Program-made: the position numbers and the translations under genes | Shown: positions 17,596 through 27,355 of the stretch, piece by piece | Numbering within the stretch: the stretch's first letter is position 1 | Layout: every line of letters starts with the position of its first letter | IMG/VR virus record: IMGVR_UViG_2718218133_000003 | Reading direction: 5' to 3' (one strand) | Source of the DNA: a virus | Taxonomy: Duplodnaviria; Heunggongvirae; Uroviricota; Caudoviricetes | DNA: 39,644 nucleotides | Notes under the pieces: generated by a model | Told to the model about the DNA's origin: nothing | The model's database searches: none | The model's input: the letters and a program-made list of their open reading frames with translations, nothing else

Positions 17596-17696
17596 TTGCA
17601 TCGTCTCCAGCATATATATCAATTAAGGCTCCGATTGATGTGTCTGGAAGCCTACACATAATAACTATGCCATCCGTTCCGTGCGGAGGTGAGGCT

Positions 17697-17912
17697 ATGA
17701 AATCCATGGACAAAATTTCAACAGGCATTGCCTACGGCACCTCCGCAGGCAGTGCTGGCTACTGGTTTTTACAGCTGCTCGATAAAGTCACGCCCTCACA
17801 GTGGGCAGCAATAGGTGTGCTGGGTAGCCTGGTATTTGGCCTGCTGACGTACCTGACAAACCTTTATTTCAAGATTAAAGAAGACAAGCGTAAGGCTGCA
17901 CGGGGAGAGTAA
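17697..17912 (+). CDS. S: Class II holin (pinholin), phage 21 S-like
   Basis: 71-aa product [24 protein letters not shown]... with dual-start motif (MKSM...MDK); GGAGGTGAGG Shine-Dalgarno. Confidence 0.85.
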   Translation: MKSMDKISTGIAYGTSAGSAGYWFLQLLDKVTPSQWAAIGVLGSLVFGLLTYLTNLYFKIKEDKRKAARGE

Positions 17913-17916
17913 TTCA

Positions 17917-18231
17917 ATGACTCAAAAATATGAACTGATTGTGAAAGGGATCCGCAATTTTGAGAATAAAGTTACGGTAACTTTAGCGTTACGGGACAAA
18001 GAACGCTTTGACGGTGAAATTTTTGACCTGGACATCTCGCTGGACCGTGTTGAAGGTGCCGCGCTGGAGTTTTATGAGGCAGCAGCCAGAAGGAGCATCA
18101 GACAGGTCTTCCTGGATGTTGCTGCCGGGTTATGTGAAGGGGACGAGCTGTTGCCAGAAACGCGCCCCTGTTCAGAGGCGCGGTATACCATAAAAATTAA
18201 CAGTTCTGATAACTCGATTACGGGTTGTTAG
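17917..18231 (+). CDS. Hypothetical protein inserted between holin and endolysin
   Basis: 104-aa ORF with GGAGAG upstream; no recognised motif. Confidence 0.45.
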   Translation: MTQKYELIVKGIRNFENKVTVTLALRDKERFDGEIFDLDISLDRVEGAALEFYEAAARRSIRQVFLDVAAGLCEGDELLPETRPCSEARYTIKINSSDNSITGC

Positions 18232-18286
18232 CTTTTTGCAGTTGGCTTTCCGGTATCTTTCATTGGTAGCATCCTGATAAATATCC

Positions 18287-18820
18287 ATGAGCGCAAAAAT
18301 CAAATACGCCCTGTCAGCTGCTGTTCTGGCGCTGATTGCTGCAGGCGCGTCTGCTCCTCAGATACTTGACCAGTTTCTGGACGAAAAAGAGGGTAACCAC
18401 ACAACGGCATACCGCGATGGTTCCGGCATCTGGACCATCTGTCGGGGGGCCACGATGGTGGATGGAAAACCCGTTTTTCCCGGTATGAAACTGTCGAAGG
18501 AAAAATGCGACCAGGTCAACGCCATTGAGCGTGATAAGGCGCTGGCATGGGTGGAGAAAAACATCAAAGTGCCATTGAGCGAACCCCAGAAAGCGGGGAT
18601 CGCGTCATTCTGTCCGTACAACATTGGTCCCAGTAAGTGTTTCCCGTCGACGTTTTATAAACGAATTAATGCAGGTGATCGCAGGGGAGCGTGTGAGGCG
18701 ATTCGCTGGTGGATTAAGGACGGTGGCAGAGACTGCCGTATTCGTTCAAACAACTGCTACGGTCAGGTATCCCGTCGTGACCAGGAGAGCGCGCTGGCGT
18801 GCTGGGGTATCGACAGATAA
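18287..18820 (+). CDS. R: SAR endolysin (lysozyme with N-terminal signal-anchor-release domain), phage 21 R-like
   Basis: 177-aa ORF; N-terminal hydrophobic SAR segment YALSAAVLALIAAGA; lysozyme core motifs EGNHTTAYRDGSGIWTICRGAT. Confidence 0.85.
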   Translation: MSAKIKYALSAAVLALIAAGASAPQILDQFLDEKEGNHTTAYRDGSGIWTICRGATMVDGKPVFPGMKLSKEKCDQVNAIERDKALAWVEKNIKVPLSEPQKAGIASFCPYNIGPSKCFPSTFYKRINAGDRRGACEAIRWWIKDGGRDCRIRSNNCYGQVSRRDQESALACWGIDR

Positions 18821-18910
18821 GCAGAATATTTTGCTGAAAAATAAGGCATGGCCACGCGGGCGGATAACATGAAATCCTGCGAACTGGCGAAACGTAAGTG
18901 AATAAAAGTA

Positions 18911-18944
18911 AAAACCCCGTTTGTTGGCACCAAGCGGGGTTTTG
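18911..18944 (+). terminator. Terminator-like hairpin between endolysin and Rz
   Basis: AAAACCCCG-loop-CGGGGTTTT. Confidence 0.45.
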
Positions 18945-19118
18945 TGTTTCCTGACTCCGGAAAAGTCAAAGGAGAAAGTGTGTTTGATTTTAGCAAACTG
19001 ATTCGGGAGATTCGAGTGATGGCTGAAAAATTATCCACCTGGAAGTTCATTCTTATCTGGCTGGTGTTTGTGATTATGGCCTCCGGTTATTTCATCGGTC
19101 AGATACGCTGGTGGTGAA

Positions 19119-19583
19119 ATGAACCGCGTACTGTGCGTGGTCATCATTGCCCTGCTGGCGGCCTGTGGTGCGCTTAGTCTGGGGCTGAATCATTACCGTG
19201 ATAACGCCATTACCTACAAAGCCCAGCGCGACAAAAATGTCAGAGAACTGAAGCTGGCGAACGCGGCAATTACTGACATGCAGATGCGTCAGCGTGATGT
19301 TGCTGCGCTCGATGCAAAATACACGAAGGAGTTAGCTGATGCGAAAGCTGAAAATGATGCTCTGCGTGATGATGTTGCCGCTGGTCGTCGTCGGTTGCAC
19401 ATCAAAGCAGTCTGTCAGTCAGTGCGTGAAGCCACCACCGCCTCCGGCGTGGATAATGCAGCCTCCCCCCGACTGGCAGACACCGCTGAACGGGATTATT
19501 TCACCCTCAGAGCGCGACTGATAATAATGCAAAAACAACTTGAAGGGGCACAGCTATACATTCGAGAGCAATGCCTCAGATAA
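19119..19583 (+). CDS. Rz: Rz i-spanin
   Basis: 154-aa ORF with N-terminal TM segment and coiled-coil-like body; position after endolysin. Confidence 0.85.
   Translation: MNRVLCVVIIALLAACGALSLGLNHYRDNAITYKAQRDKNVRELKLANAAITDMQMRQRDVAALDAKYTKELADAKAENDALRDDVAAGRRRLHIKAVCQSVREATTASGVDNAASPRLADTAERDYFTLRARLIIMQKQLEGAQLYIREQCLR
19339..19521 (+). CDS. Rz1: Rz1 o-spanin lipoprotein embedded in Rz (+1 frame)
   Basis: 60-aa ORF with lipobox (VVVGC) and proline-rich mature region, entirely within Rz. Confidence 0.8.
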   Translation: MRKLKMMLCVMMLPLVVVGCTSKQSVSQCVKPPPPPAWIMQPPPDWQTPLNGIISPSERD

Positions 19584-19902
19584 AAACCGGCCAAGGATAA
19601 TCCGCTGAAGATTCGCCTGTGGCTAAAGTGTGCCAAGAGTTCAATTTACGCAATTACTCCTGTCGATGCTATGCACCGTCTTTGTGAAGTCAATGGATAC
19701 CTGATTTATTTCTGTGCGCTGTATCGTCGCTGTACTCTTGCATTAATTATGACTGTAGCCTGACGGGGAACTCCTTCTGCGCGAGTGTGGGGGAATAATC
19801 AAAAACGATGTACACCGGGTTATTAACGCGTCAACTTAACGTGGGGTTGCTCTTTATGTCAGCCAGTCCGGTGCTGGGGTAGAAAAAACCGGACGTTATG
19901 GT

Positions 19903-20313
19903 TTAGTGTGGAAATATTTGTGATGTGCTCTGTATGTTTTCAGTAAAGAGTAATGAATTATCAAAGGTATAGTAATATCTTTTTTGTTCGTGGATATTTG
20001 TAACCCACCGAAAAACTCCTGCTTTAGCAAGGTTTCTTCTGTATTCCTGAAATGTGATCTCACTGGATTTCAGCTTATTAGCGGTCGTTTCTATAAGATG
20101 CCTATCCTTTGAAAATTTGACAGACACAATGTTTTTTAGGCCCTTTAATAACACTGTATTATCATTTTTTAATACAATATGAACATTATCTGTAGCTAAA
20201 TAGTAAATGTAATGTGAGACATTGTGACGTTTTAGCTCAGAATAAAACCATTGATAGTTTAAATCGTTTCGAACTTTATCAAATATTTGTTTAAAAATGA
20301 CTACCTGATCCAT
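19903..20313 (-). CDS. AT-rich moron protein, YbcV-like (DUF1398?)
   Basis: ATG at 20313 with GGAAGG Shine-Dalgarno; AT-rich, opposite strand, in the bor/ybcV position after Rz; family assignment from synteny only. Confidence 0.45.
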   Translation of the reverse strand: MDQVVIFKQIFDKVRNDLNYQWFYSELKRHNVSHYIYYLATDNVHIVLKNDNTVLLKGLKNIVSVKFSKDRHLIETTANKLKSSEITFQEYRRNLAKAGVFRWVTNIHEQKRYYYTFDNSLLFTENIQSTSQIFPH

Positions 20314-20600
20314 AGATAAACCTTCCATATGGTATGAGGGCACGTAGTTTGCAAGATCGTTTTTATCGTTTCAATCTGGTCTGACCTTTATATGTTTTAT
20401 TGATGATTTATGTCAAAAGTCAGGTGGAAAATACATAGTATTGATTCCGCTATAAAACCTGGTTTTTCTGATATGCCAGGTGGGAAACAAACGACCGATG
20501 TATGCAAGATCAACGCGCAGTGACTTCCACACTTCCACGCTCAAAGATTTGAAGTTATATTTTTAGCGACAAGTGAAGAACAAACGCATGGAGCGACAAA

Positions 20601-20807
20601 ATGCATAAAGATCAATGTACTGAGGCCCCCTCCCAAGAGCAGGTTCGTGTAAAAACTATGCTTAATAGCACCATTTCGATGAGTTACCCGGATGTTATAA
20701 TTGCATGTATAGAACATCAAGTATCTCTGGAAGCATTCAGGGCAATTGAGGCAGCGTTAGTGAAGCACGATAAGAATACGAAGGATTATTCCCTGGTGGT
20801 TGATTGA
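20601..20807 (+). CDS. Small hypothetical protein, YbcW-like (68 aa)
   Basis: 68-aa ORF with GGAG upstream; same length and position as DLP12 ybcW. Confidence 0.4.
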   Translation: MHKDQCTEAPSQEQVRVKTMLNSTISMSYPDVIIACIEHQVSLEAFRAIEAALVKHDKNTKDYSLVVD

Positions 20808-21369
20808 TCACCATAACTGCTAACCATTCTGACCATTTCACAAGTGACAGAGTCAATATCGTATTCTGTCACTGTCAGGCTAATACAGTACTGTAATTCA
20901 ACTACAGCAATGCCTCGTATTTAGGTGAATTTACAATATCGTCCAGTTCGGATGCTGGCTGCATTTCTGAAGATAAGGCATTTCGGTTCTCGTATTTTCC
21001 CCTCATGCTCGTCAGTCCTGCGCGTAGTAAGAAACAGGACACTCACACTAATTTGTGTGGGCATGCTGTGATGTCCTTCTGAATTATCCCCATGCCATTA
21101 TGTAAAGCTCTGTTTCAGATGCTCGTCACGGTTGTCAGGCTGTCGGGTCCTACCAGTGAGGGGCCCTGCCACGGGGCGGGAGCGTCGCGGAAAAAGACTA
21201 GTTTTTGCATTTCCATGGCGGCGGCAGCATGTTTGGTAATTTATTGATAATTAAAAGTTATTTCTCTTTTCACCTGTACAATATTTTTTTCTCCCTGTCA
21301 TTAGACCAGTTTGCAATTAATTGAAATATATAAATAAACCTGATTTTCACCTGCCAGATGGAGTTGCTT

Positions 21370-21897
21370 ATGTCAAATGTGAGCGGGATCGGTGATGCTT
21401 ATTACTGGAGTGTTTTTAAAATCGCCGAGGCCTTTGGGCTTCACCGGGACACAGTAAAAAAACGGCTCCTCGCGGCCAACACTCCTGTGGCTGCGACTGT
21501 CAGGGGGAACCCCGTTTACGCCCTGCAGCATGTCGGGCCCGCCCTGTTTAGTGTGAAGCATGAGGCAGCAGACTCTGTTCATGATCCATCCCGTATGGAG
21601 CCGAAAGAGAGAAAGGACTGGTACCAGTCTGAAAATGAAAGGATCAAGCTGGAAAAGGAGCAGCGAAAACTCATCCCAGTTGATGAAGTAGTCATCGTCT
21701 ATTCGTCCATGAGAAAGGCTGTCGTCCAGGTTCTGGAGACAATTCCGGATGTTCTTGAACGCGATTGCGCCCTGACTCCTCAGGCCGTCGGCGTTGTACA
21801 GCAGGCCATTGATGACCTGCGATACACTCTTCAGGAAAAATCCTACGAGGCTTGTGCTGCTGAATTAATTCCTGATGAGGAAGGAGAGAGTCTCTAG
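21370..21897 (+). CDS. Terminase small subunit
   Basis: Immediately upstream of large terminase; HTH-like N-terminus; GGAG Shine-Dalgarno. Confidence 0.6.
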   Translation: MSNVSGIGDAYYWSVFKIAEAFGLHRDTVKKRLLAANTPVAATVRGNPVYALQHVGPALFSVKHEAADSVHDPSRMEPKERKDWYQSENERIKLEKEQRKLIPVDEVVIVYSSMRKAVVQVLETIPDVLERDCALTPQAVGVVQQAIDDLRYTLQEKSYEACAAELIPDEEGESL

Positions 21898-21905
21898 GAG
21901 GAATA

Positions 21906-24005
21906 ATGGGTTTTTCATCAGCCCGAAATTTGGGAAGGGACATATCGGCAGGATTTTCCCCACCACGTCGCATGCCGATTTCGGAGGCTGTTAAAAAATT
22001 CATGCGTGTTCCCAAGGGGGCTGGTAACTCGGTGCCATGGGATCCTGAACTGACACCCTACATCATTGAGCCCATGAACTGCCTGGCATCGCGTGAATAC
22101 GATGCGGTGATTTTTGTTGGTCCTGCGCGAACAGGGAAGACCATTGGTCTGATCGATGGATGGATTGTCTATACCATCGTTTGCGATCCTTCGGACATGC
22201 TCGTTGTGCAGATGACCGAAGATAAGGCCCGCGAGCATTCTAAAAAGCGCCTTGACAGAACGTTCAGAAGCAGTGCGGCGGTAAAGAAAAGAATGAGTCC
22301 ACGTCGTAACGACAATAATGTCCATGATAAGACGTTCAGGGATGGCTCGTTCCTTAAAATTGGTTGGCCCTCGGTCAATATTATGTCGTCGTCGGATTAC
22401 CGGTTTGTCGCCTTAACCGATTACGACCGTTTTCCGGAGAATATCGACAGCGAGGGTGATGGTTTCTCCCTGGCCTCAAAACGTACCACCACATTTATGT
22501 CCGCCGGGATGACTCTGGTGGAGAGCTCGCCGGGACGTGACATCTGCGACAGCAAATGGCGACGTAAGTCGCCTCATGAAGCGCCACCGACGACTGGTAT
22601 TCTTTCCCTTTACAATCGTGGTGACCGCCGCCGCTGGTACTGGCCATGTCCGCACTGCGGTGAATATTTTCAGCCAGCTATGGATGCCATGACCGGCTAC
22701 CGTAATGAACCGGATCCCTTTAAAGCCAGTGAGGCGGCGTATCTACTTTGCCCGCACTGCAGCGGCATTATCACTGCGGAGAAAAAGCGTGAGCTCAATA
22801 GTGCAGGAGTCTGGTTGCGTGAAGGTCAGGTCATTGATCGTAACGGCAACGTTTCCGGTGAACCGCGCCGCTCCCGTATCGCCAGTTTCTGGATGGAAGG
22901 GCCAGCTGCTGCGTATCAGACCTGGGCGCAACTGGTTTACAAATTACTGACTGCAGAACAGGAGTATGAAGCGACAGGAAGCGAAGAAACACTCAGGGCG
23001 GTTATCAACACCGACTGGGGATTGCCTTATCTTCCTCGTGCCAGCATGGAGCAACGAAAAAGTGAACTGCTTGAGCAGCGGGCAGAGCCAGTTCCTTCCC
23101 GCAGTGTTCCGGATGGCGTTAATTTCCTTGTGGCGACAGTGGATGTGCAGGCGGGACGTCATCGCCGTTTTGTGGTTCAGGTAACGGGCTATGGCAGCCG
23201 TGGCGAACGCTGGATTATTGATCGTTACAACATCACGCAGTCATTGCGCAGTGACTGCGACGGGGAGAGCCAGCGAATTGATCCGGCCAGCTATCCGGAA
23301 GACTGGGATGTCCTGCTGACGGATGTTTTTCATAAAAGCTGGCCGCTGGCCTCCGATCCTTCTCAACAAATGCGACTGATGGCAATGGCGGTGGACTCCG
23401 GCGGTGAAGACGGGGTCACTGATAATGCCTATAAATTCTGGCGTCGTTGCCGTCGTGATGGCCTTGGTAAACGTATTTACCTGTTTAAGGGCGACAGCAT
23501 CCGGCGCGCAAAACTGATCAGCCGTACATTCCCTGATAACACCGGACGAACGGGCCGCCGGGCGCAGGCCGCAGGTGATGTGCCGCTCTGGCTTCTTCAG
23601 ACGGATGCCCTGAAAGACCGGGTGAATAACGCGTTATGGCGTGACTCGCCAGGTCCAGGCTATGTGCATTTCCCTGACTGGCTGGGGAGCTGGTTTTACG
23701 ACGAACTGACGTATGAAGAGCGGAGCAGTGACGGGAAATGGAGTAAGCCGGGTCGCGGTGCCAACGAAGCTTTTGACCTGATGGTGTATGCCGAGGCTCT
23801 GGTCATTCTGCATGGATACGAAAAGATCCGCTGGCCGGATGCACCGGAGTGGGCGAGCCGGGAAACCTGGCTGGAGTGTGTCCCGGACAGTACCGAACCG
23901 TCACCCTCACCGGAACCGGTACCCACGCCTGTTAAAAAACAAAAACGGAAGAAAACAGTAACTGACGATGTTAACCCCTGGCTGACTTCCGGAGGATGGT
24001 TATGA
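21906..24005 (+). CDS. Terminase large subunit (lambda gpA family)
   Basis: 699-aa ORF with Walker A-like VIFVGPARTGKT; followed by W-like and portal genes. Confidence 0.85.
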   Translation: MGFSSARNLGRDISAGFSPPRRMPISEAVKKFMRVPKGAGNSVPWDPELTPYIIEPMNCLASREYDAVIFVGPARTGKTIGLIDGWIVYTIVCDPSDMLVVQMTEDKAREHSKKRLDRTFRSSAAVKKRMSPRRNDNNVHDKTFRDGSFLKIGWPSVNIMSSSDYRFVALTDYDRFPENIDSEGDGFSLASKRTTTFMSAGMTLVESSPGRDICDSKWRRKSPHEAPPTTGILSLYNRGDRRRWYWPCPHCGEYFQPAMDAMTGYRNEPDPFKASEAAYLLCPHCSGIITAEKKRELNSAGVWLREGQVIDRNGNVSGEPRRSRIASFWMEGPAAAYQTWAQLVYKLLTAEQEYEATGSEETLRAVINTDWGLPYLPRASMEQRKSELLEQRAEPVPSRSVPDGVNFLVATVDVQAGRHRRFVVQVTGYGSRGERWIIDRYNITQSLRSDCDGESQRIDPASYPEDWDVLLTDVFHKSWPLASDPSQQMRLMAMAVDSGGEDGVTDNAYKFWRRCRRDGLGKRIYLFKGDSIRRAKLISRTFPDNTGRTGRRAQAAGDVPLWLLQTDALKDRVNNALWRDSPGPGYVHFPDWLGSWFYDELTYEERSSDGKWSKPGRGANEAFDLMVYAEALVILHGYEKIRWPDAPEWASRETWLECVPDSTEPSPSPEPVPTPVKKQKRKKTVTDDVNPWLTSGGWL

Positions 24006-24214
24006 ATCAGAATGATATTGAAGCCATGATTCAGCGTTATACGGAAGCTGAAATGGCGGTGCTGGACGGAAAATCCGTCACTTTTAATGGTCAGCAGATG
24101 ACCATGGAAAACTTATCTGAGATCCGGCAGGGGCGGCAGGAGTGGGAGCGCCGCCTTGCGGCTCTGATTACACGACGACGGGGGCATCCCGGGTACCGGC
24201 TGGCGAGGTTCTGA
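24002..24214 (+). CDS. Head-tail joining protein (gpW-like)
   Basis: 70-aa ORF between terminase and portal; ATGA overlap with terminase stop. Confidence 0.6.
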   Translation: MNQNDIEAMIQRYTEAEMAVLDGKSVTFNGQQMTMENLSEIRQGRQEWERRLAALITRRRGHPGYRLARF

Positions 24215-25722
24215 TGGCAATTCTTGATGATGTGATTGGCGTTTTTTCACCAAGATGGAAAGCGGCAAGGCTGCGTTCCCGTGCGGTGATCCAGGCTTAT
24301 GAGGCCGTAAAAACGACGCGGACACATAAAGCCCGACGGGAGAGCCGAACTGCCGACCAGTTAAGCCAGTACGGGGCCGTGTCGTTACGTGAGCAGGCCC
24401 GTTACCTTGATAACAACCACGATCTGGTCATTGGTGTATTTGACAAGCTGGAAGAACGGGTGGTGGGGAAAAACGGGATTATTGTCGAGCCACATCCGGT
24501 ATTACGCAATGGGGCCATTGCCCGTGATCTGGCAGCGGAGATTCGCACCCGATGGAGTGAATGGTCTGTCAGTCCGGAGGTCACCGGGCAGTTTACCCGT
24601 CCGATGCTGGAACGTCTGATGCTGCGTACCTGGCTGCGCGATGGTGAGGTGTTTGCCCAGATGGTTTCCGGGCGCATAAACAGCTTGACGCCTTCTGCCG
24701 GTGTTCATTTCTGGCTGGAGGCGCTCGAGCCGGACTTTATTCCCATGACCAGTGATGAGAGCAACAGGCTGAATCAGGGCGTGTTTGTTGATGACTGGGG
24801 GCGTCCCGAAAAATATCTGGTGTATAAAAGCCGTCCCGTATCCGGGCGGCAGATGGAAACCAAAGAAGTGGATGCAGAGCGAATGCTGCATCTTAAATTT
24901 GTTCGCCGTCTGCACCAGATGCGCGGGACGTCTTTGTTGTCCGGTGTGCTGATCCGCCTCAGTGCTCTGAAAGAGTATGAAGATTCTGAGCTGACTGCAG
25001 CAAGGATCGCCGCTGCTCTGGGGATGTACATCCGGAAAGGCGACGGACAGAGCTATGAAACGGATGGTAATGACAGCAAGGAGAATGAACGCGAGCTTAC
25101 CATTCAGCCAGGCATTATTTACGACGATCTGAAACCCGGCGAAGAAATCGGAATGGTGAAGTCGGATCGCCCCAATCCTAACCTTGAAACTTTTCGTAAT
25201 GGTCAGTTGCGTGCCGTGGCTGCGGGCAGTCGTCTGAGTTTTTCCAGTACAGCGCGCAACTATAACGGCACTTACAGCGCCCAGCGTCAGGAGCTGGTTG
25301 AATCTACTGATGGCTACCTGATCCTGCAGGACTGGTTTATTGGTGCCGTCACCCGCCCGATGTACCGTGCCTGGCTGAAACAGGCTGTGGCATCCGGTGT
25401 TATCAGGCTACCCCGCGATCTGGACCGATCTTCACTGTATACCGCGGTGTATTCCGGACCGGTGATGCCGTGGATTGACCCTGTTAAGGAGGCTGAGGCC
25501 TGGAAAATTCAGATTCGTGGTGGAGCGGCGACAGAATCAGACTGGGTACGTGCAGGTGGTCGTAATCCGGATGATGTCAAACGTCGGCGCAAGGCCGAAA
25601 TTGATGAAAACCGCAAGCTGGATCTGGTATTTGATACCGATCCGGCCAGTGATAAAGGAGGCAGCAGTGCCGCAACGAAACGACAGGAGCCGCAGCACAC
25701 CGACGACCAGTCCGAAGAATAA
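24214..25722 (+). CDS. Portal protein (lambda gpB family)
   Basis: about 500-aa ORF following terminase/W; start MAILDDVIG. Confidence 0.8.
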   Translation: MAILDDVIGVFSPRWKAARLRSRAVIQAYEAVKTTRTHKARRESRTADQLSQYGAVSLREQARYLDNNHDLVIGVFDKLEERVVGKNGIIVEPHPVLRNGAIARDLAAEIRTRWSEWSVSPEVTGQFTRPMLERLMLRTWLRDGEVFAQMVSGRINSLTPSAGVHFWLEALEPDFIPMTSDESNRLNQGVFVDDWGRPEKYLVYKSRPVSGRQMETKEVDAERMLHLKFVRRLHQMRGTSLLSGVLIRLSALKEYEDSELTAARIAAALGMYIRKGDGQSYETDGNDSKENERELTIQPGIIYDDLKPGEEIGMVKSDRPNPNLETFRNGQLRAVAAGSRLSFSSTARNYNGTYSAQRQELVESTDGYLILQDWFIGAVTRPMYRAWLKQAVASGVIRLPRDLDRSSLYTAVYSGPVMPWIDPVKEAEAWKIQIRGGAATESDWVRAGGRNPDDVKRRRKAEIDENRKLDLVFDTDPASDKGGSSAATKRQEPQHTDDQSEE

Positions 25723-25735
25723 TTCCTGGTTCAGG

Positions 25736-26536
25736 ATGCAGGCAGGTCACCAGAGTGACGCGGATATTTATATTTATGACGAGATTGGTTTCTGGGGTGT
25801 TACAGCGAAGCAGTTTATCAGTGATCTGAATGCACTGGGCGATATCACCCACATTAATCTCCATATTAATTCACCGGGTGGCGATGTCTTTGAAGGCATC
25901 GCCATTTTTAATGCACTGAAAACACATGGTGCGTCCATTACCGTTTATGTCGACGGTGTGGCGGCGTCAATGGCGTCGGTCATTGCGATGGTGGGAAACC
26001 CGATCATTATGCCGGAAAACTCCTTCATGATGATTCATAAACCATTTGGCTTTACGGGCGGTGATGCGGAGGACATGCGCACCTATGCCGACCTGCTCGA
26101 TAAAGTTGAGGCGGTTCTGTTACCCGCTTATGCACAGAAAACCGGGAAAACCACCGATGAAATTGCTGCCATGCTGGCGGATGAGACCTGGATGTCCGGT
26201 GCCGAATGTCTGGCACAGGGATTTGCTGATCAGGTGACACCAGCCGTTAAGGCAATGGCATGTATTCAGTCAAAACGTACAGAGGAATTTAAAAAGATGC
26301 CGGAATCCATTCGAAACATGATTACTCCGCCACGCAACAGTGCTCCACGCGTACAGGATGATGAACCTGCAGCCTCCCGGACGCCAGTGCAGGCAGCAGC
26401 ACCCGTGGTGGATGAAAACAGTATCCGTGCGCAGGTACTGGCAGAGCAAAAAGCGCGTGTAAACGGTATTAATGATCTGTTTGCCATGTTTGGCGGCGTT
26501 ATCAGATCACGAAGGATAAATGCAGCAAATGCCTGA
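25736..26536 (+). pseudogene. Head maturation protease (ClpP-like), 3' end truncated and fused across a deletion junction
   Basis: ClpP-type motifs (INSPGGDVFEG, GVAASMASVIAM); the frame runs into sequence that in another frame encodes the gpL C-terminus. Confidence 0.6.
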
Positions 26537-26609
26537 ATGGCTGTAAGTTTCGCAATAACGTCGGCAACTTTGGCGGCTTCCTTTCCATTAACAAACTTTC
26601 GCAGTAAAT
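26520..26609 (+). pseudogene. L: 3' remnant of tail gene L (last ~29 codons)
   Basis: Translates to CSKCLNGCKFRNNVGNFGGFLSINKLSQ*, matching the lambda gpL C-terminus as recalled; no upstream L sequence present. Confidence 0.7.
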
Positions 26610-26612
26610 CCC

Positions 26613-27355
26613 ATGACAGAGACAGAATCAGCGATTCTGGCGCACGCCCGGCGATGTGCGCCAGCGGAGTCGTGCGGCTTCGTGGTGAGAACGCCGGAAG
26701 GGGAAAGATATTTTCCCTGCGTGAATATCTCCGGTGAGCCGGAGGCGTATTTCCGGATGTCGCCGGAGGACTGGCTGCAGGCAGAGATGCAGGGTGAGAT
26801 TGTGGCACTGGTCCACAGTCATCCCGGTGGTCTGCCCTGGCTGAGTGAGGCTGACCGGCGGCTGCAGGTGCAGAGTGATTTGCCGTGGTGGCTGGTCTGC
26901 CGGGGGCGATTCACAAGTTCCGCTGTGTGCCGTATCTCACCGGGCGGCGCTTTGAGCACGGGGTGACGGACTGTTACACGCTGTTCCGGGATGCTTACCA
27001 TCTGGCGGGGATTGAGATGCCGGATTTTCATCGCGAGGATGACTGGTGGCGTCACGGTCAGAATCTCTATCTGGATAATCTGGAGGCCACAGGGCTGTAT
27101 CAGGTGCCGTTGTCAGCGGCGCAGCCGGGCGATGTGCTGCTGTGCTGTTTTGGTTCATCGGTGCCGAATCATGCCGCCATTTACTGTGGTGACGGCGAGC
27201 TGCTGCACCATATTCCTGAACAACTGAGCAAACGAGAGAGGTATACCGACAAATGGCAGCGACGCACACACTCCCTCTGGCGTCACCGGGCATGGCACGC
27301 ATCTGCCTTTACGGGGATTTACAACGATTTGGCCGCCGCATCGACCTTCGTGTGA
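26613..27355 (+). pseudogene. K: Tail assembly protein K (JAMM/MPN + NlpC/P60), split by a single-base frameshift near 26905
   Basis: ORFs 26613..26966 and 26885..27355 together match lambda gpK as recalled (MTETESAILAHARRCAPAESCGF...HSHP... then IHKFRCVP...); frame changes within a CGGGGG run. Confidence 0.7.

Noticed and set aside
21918-22378. Minus-strand ORFs inside the large terminase gene
   Set aside because: Antisense to the terminase frame, which carries a Walker A motif
24402-25031. Minus-strand ORFs within the portal gene
   Set aside because: Antisense to the portal coding frame; no independent support
26266-27055. Minus-strand ORFs spanning the deletion junction and K (26266..26808, 26628..26822, 26819..27055)
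   Set aside because: Pro/Arg/Ser-rich translations of a GC-rich region; the plus strand carries the recognisable L and K sequence
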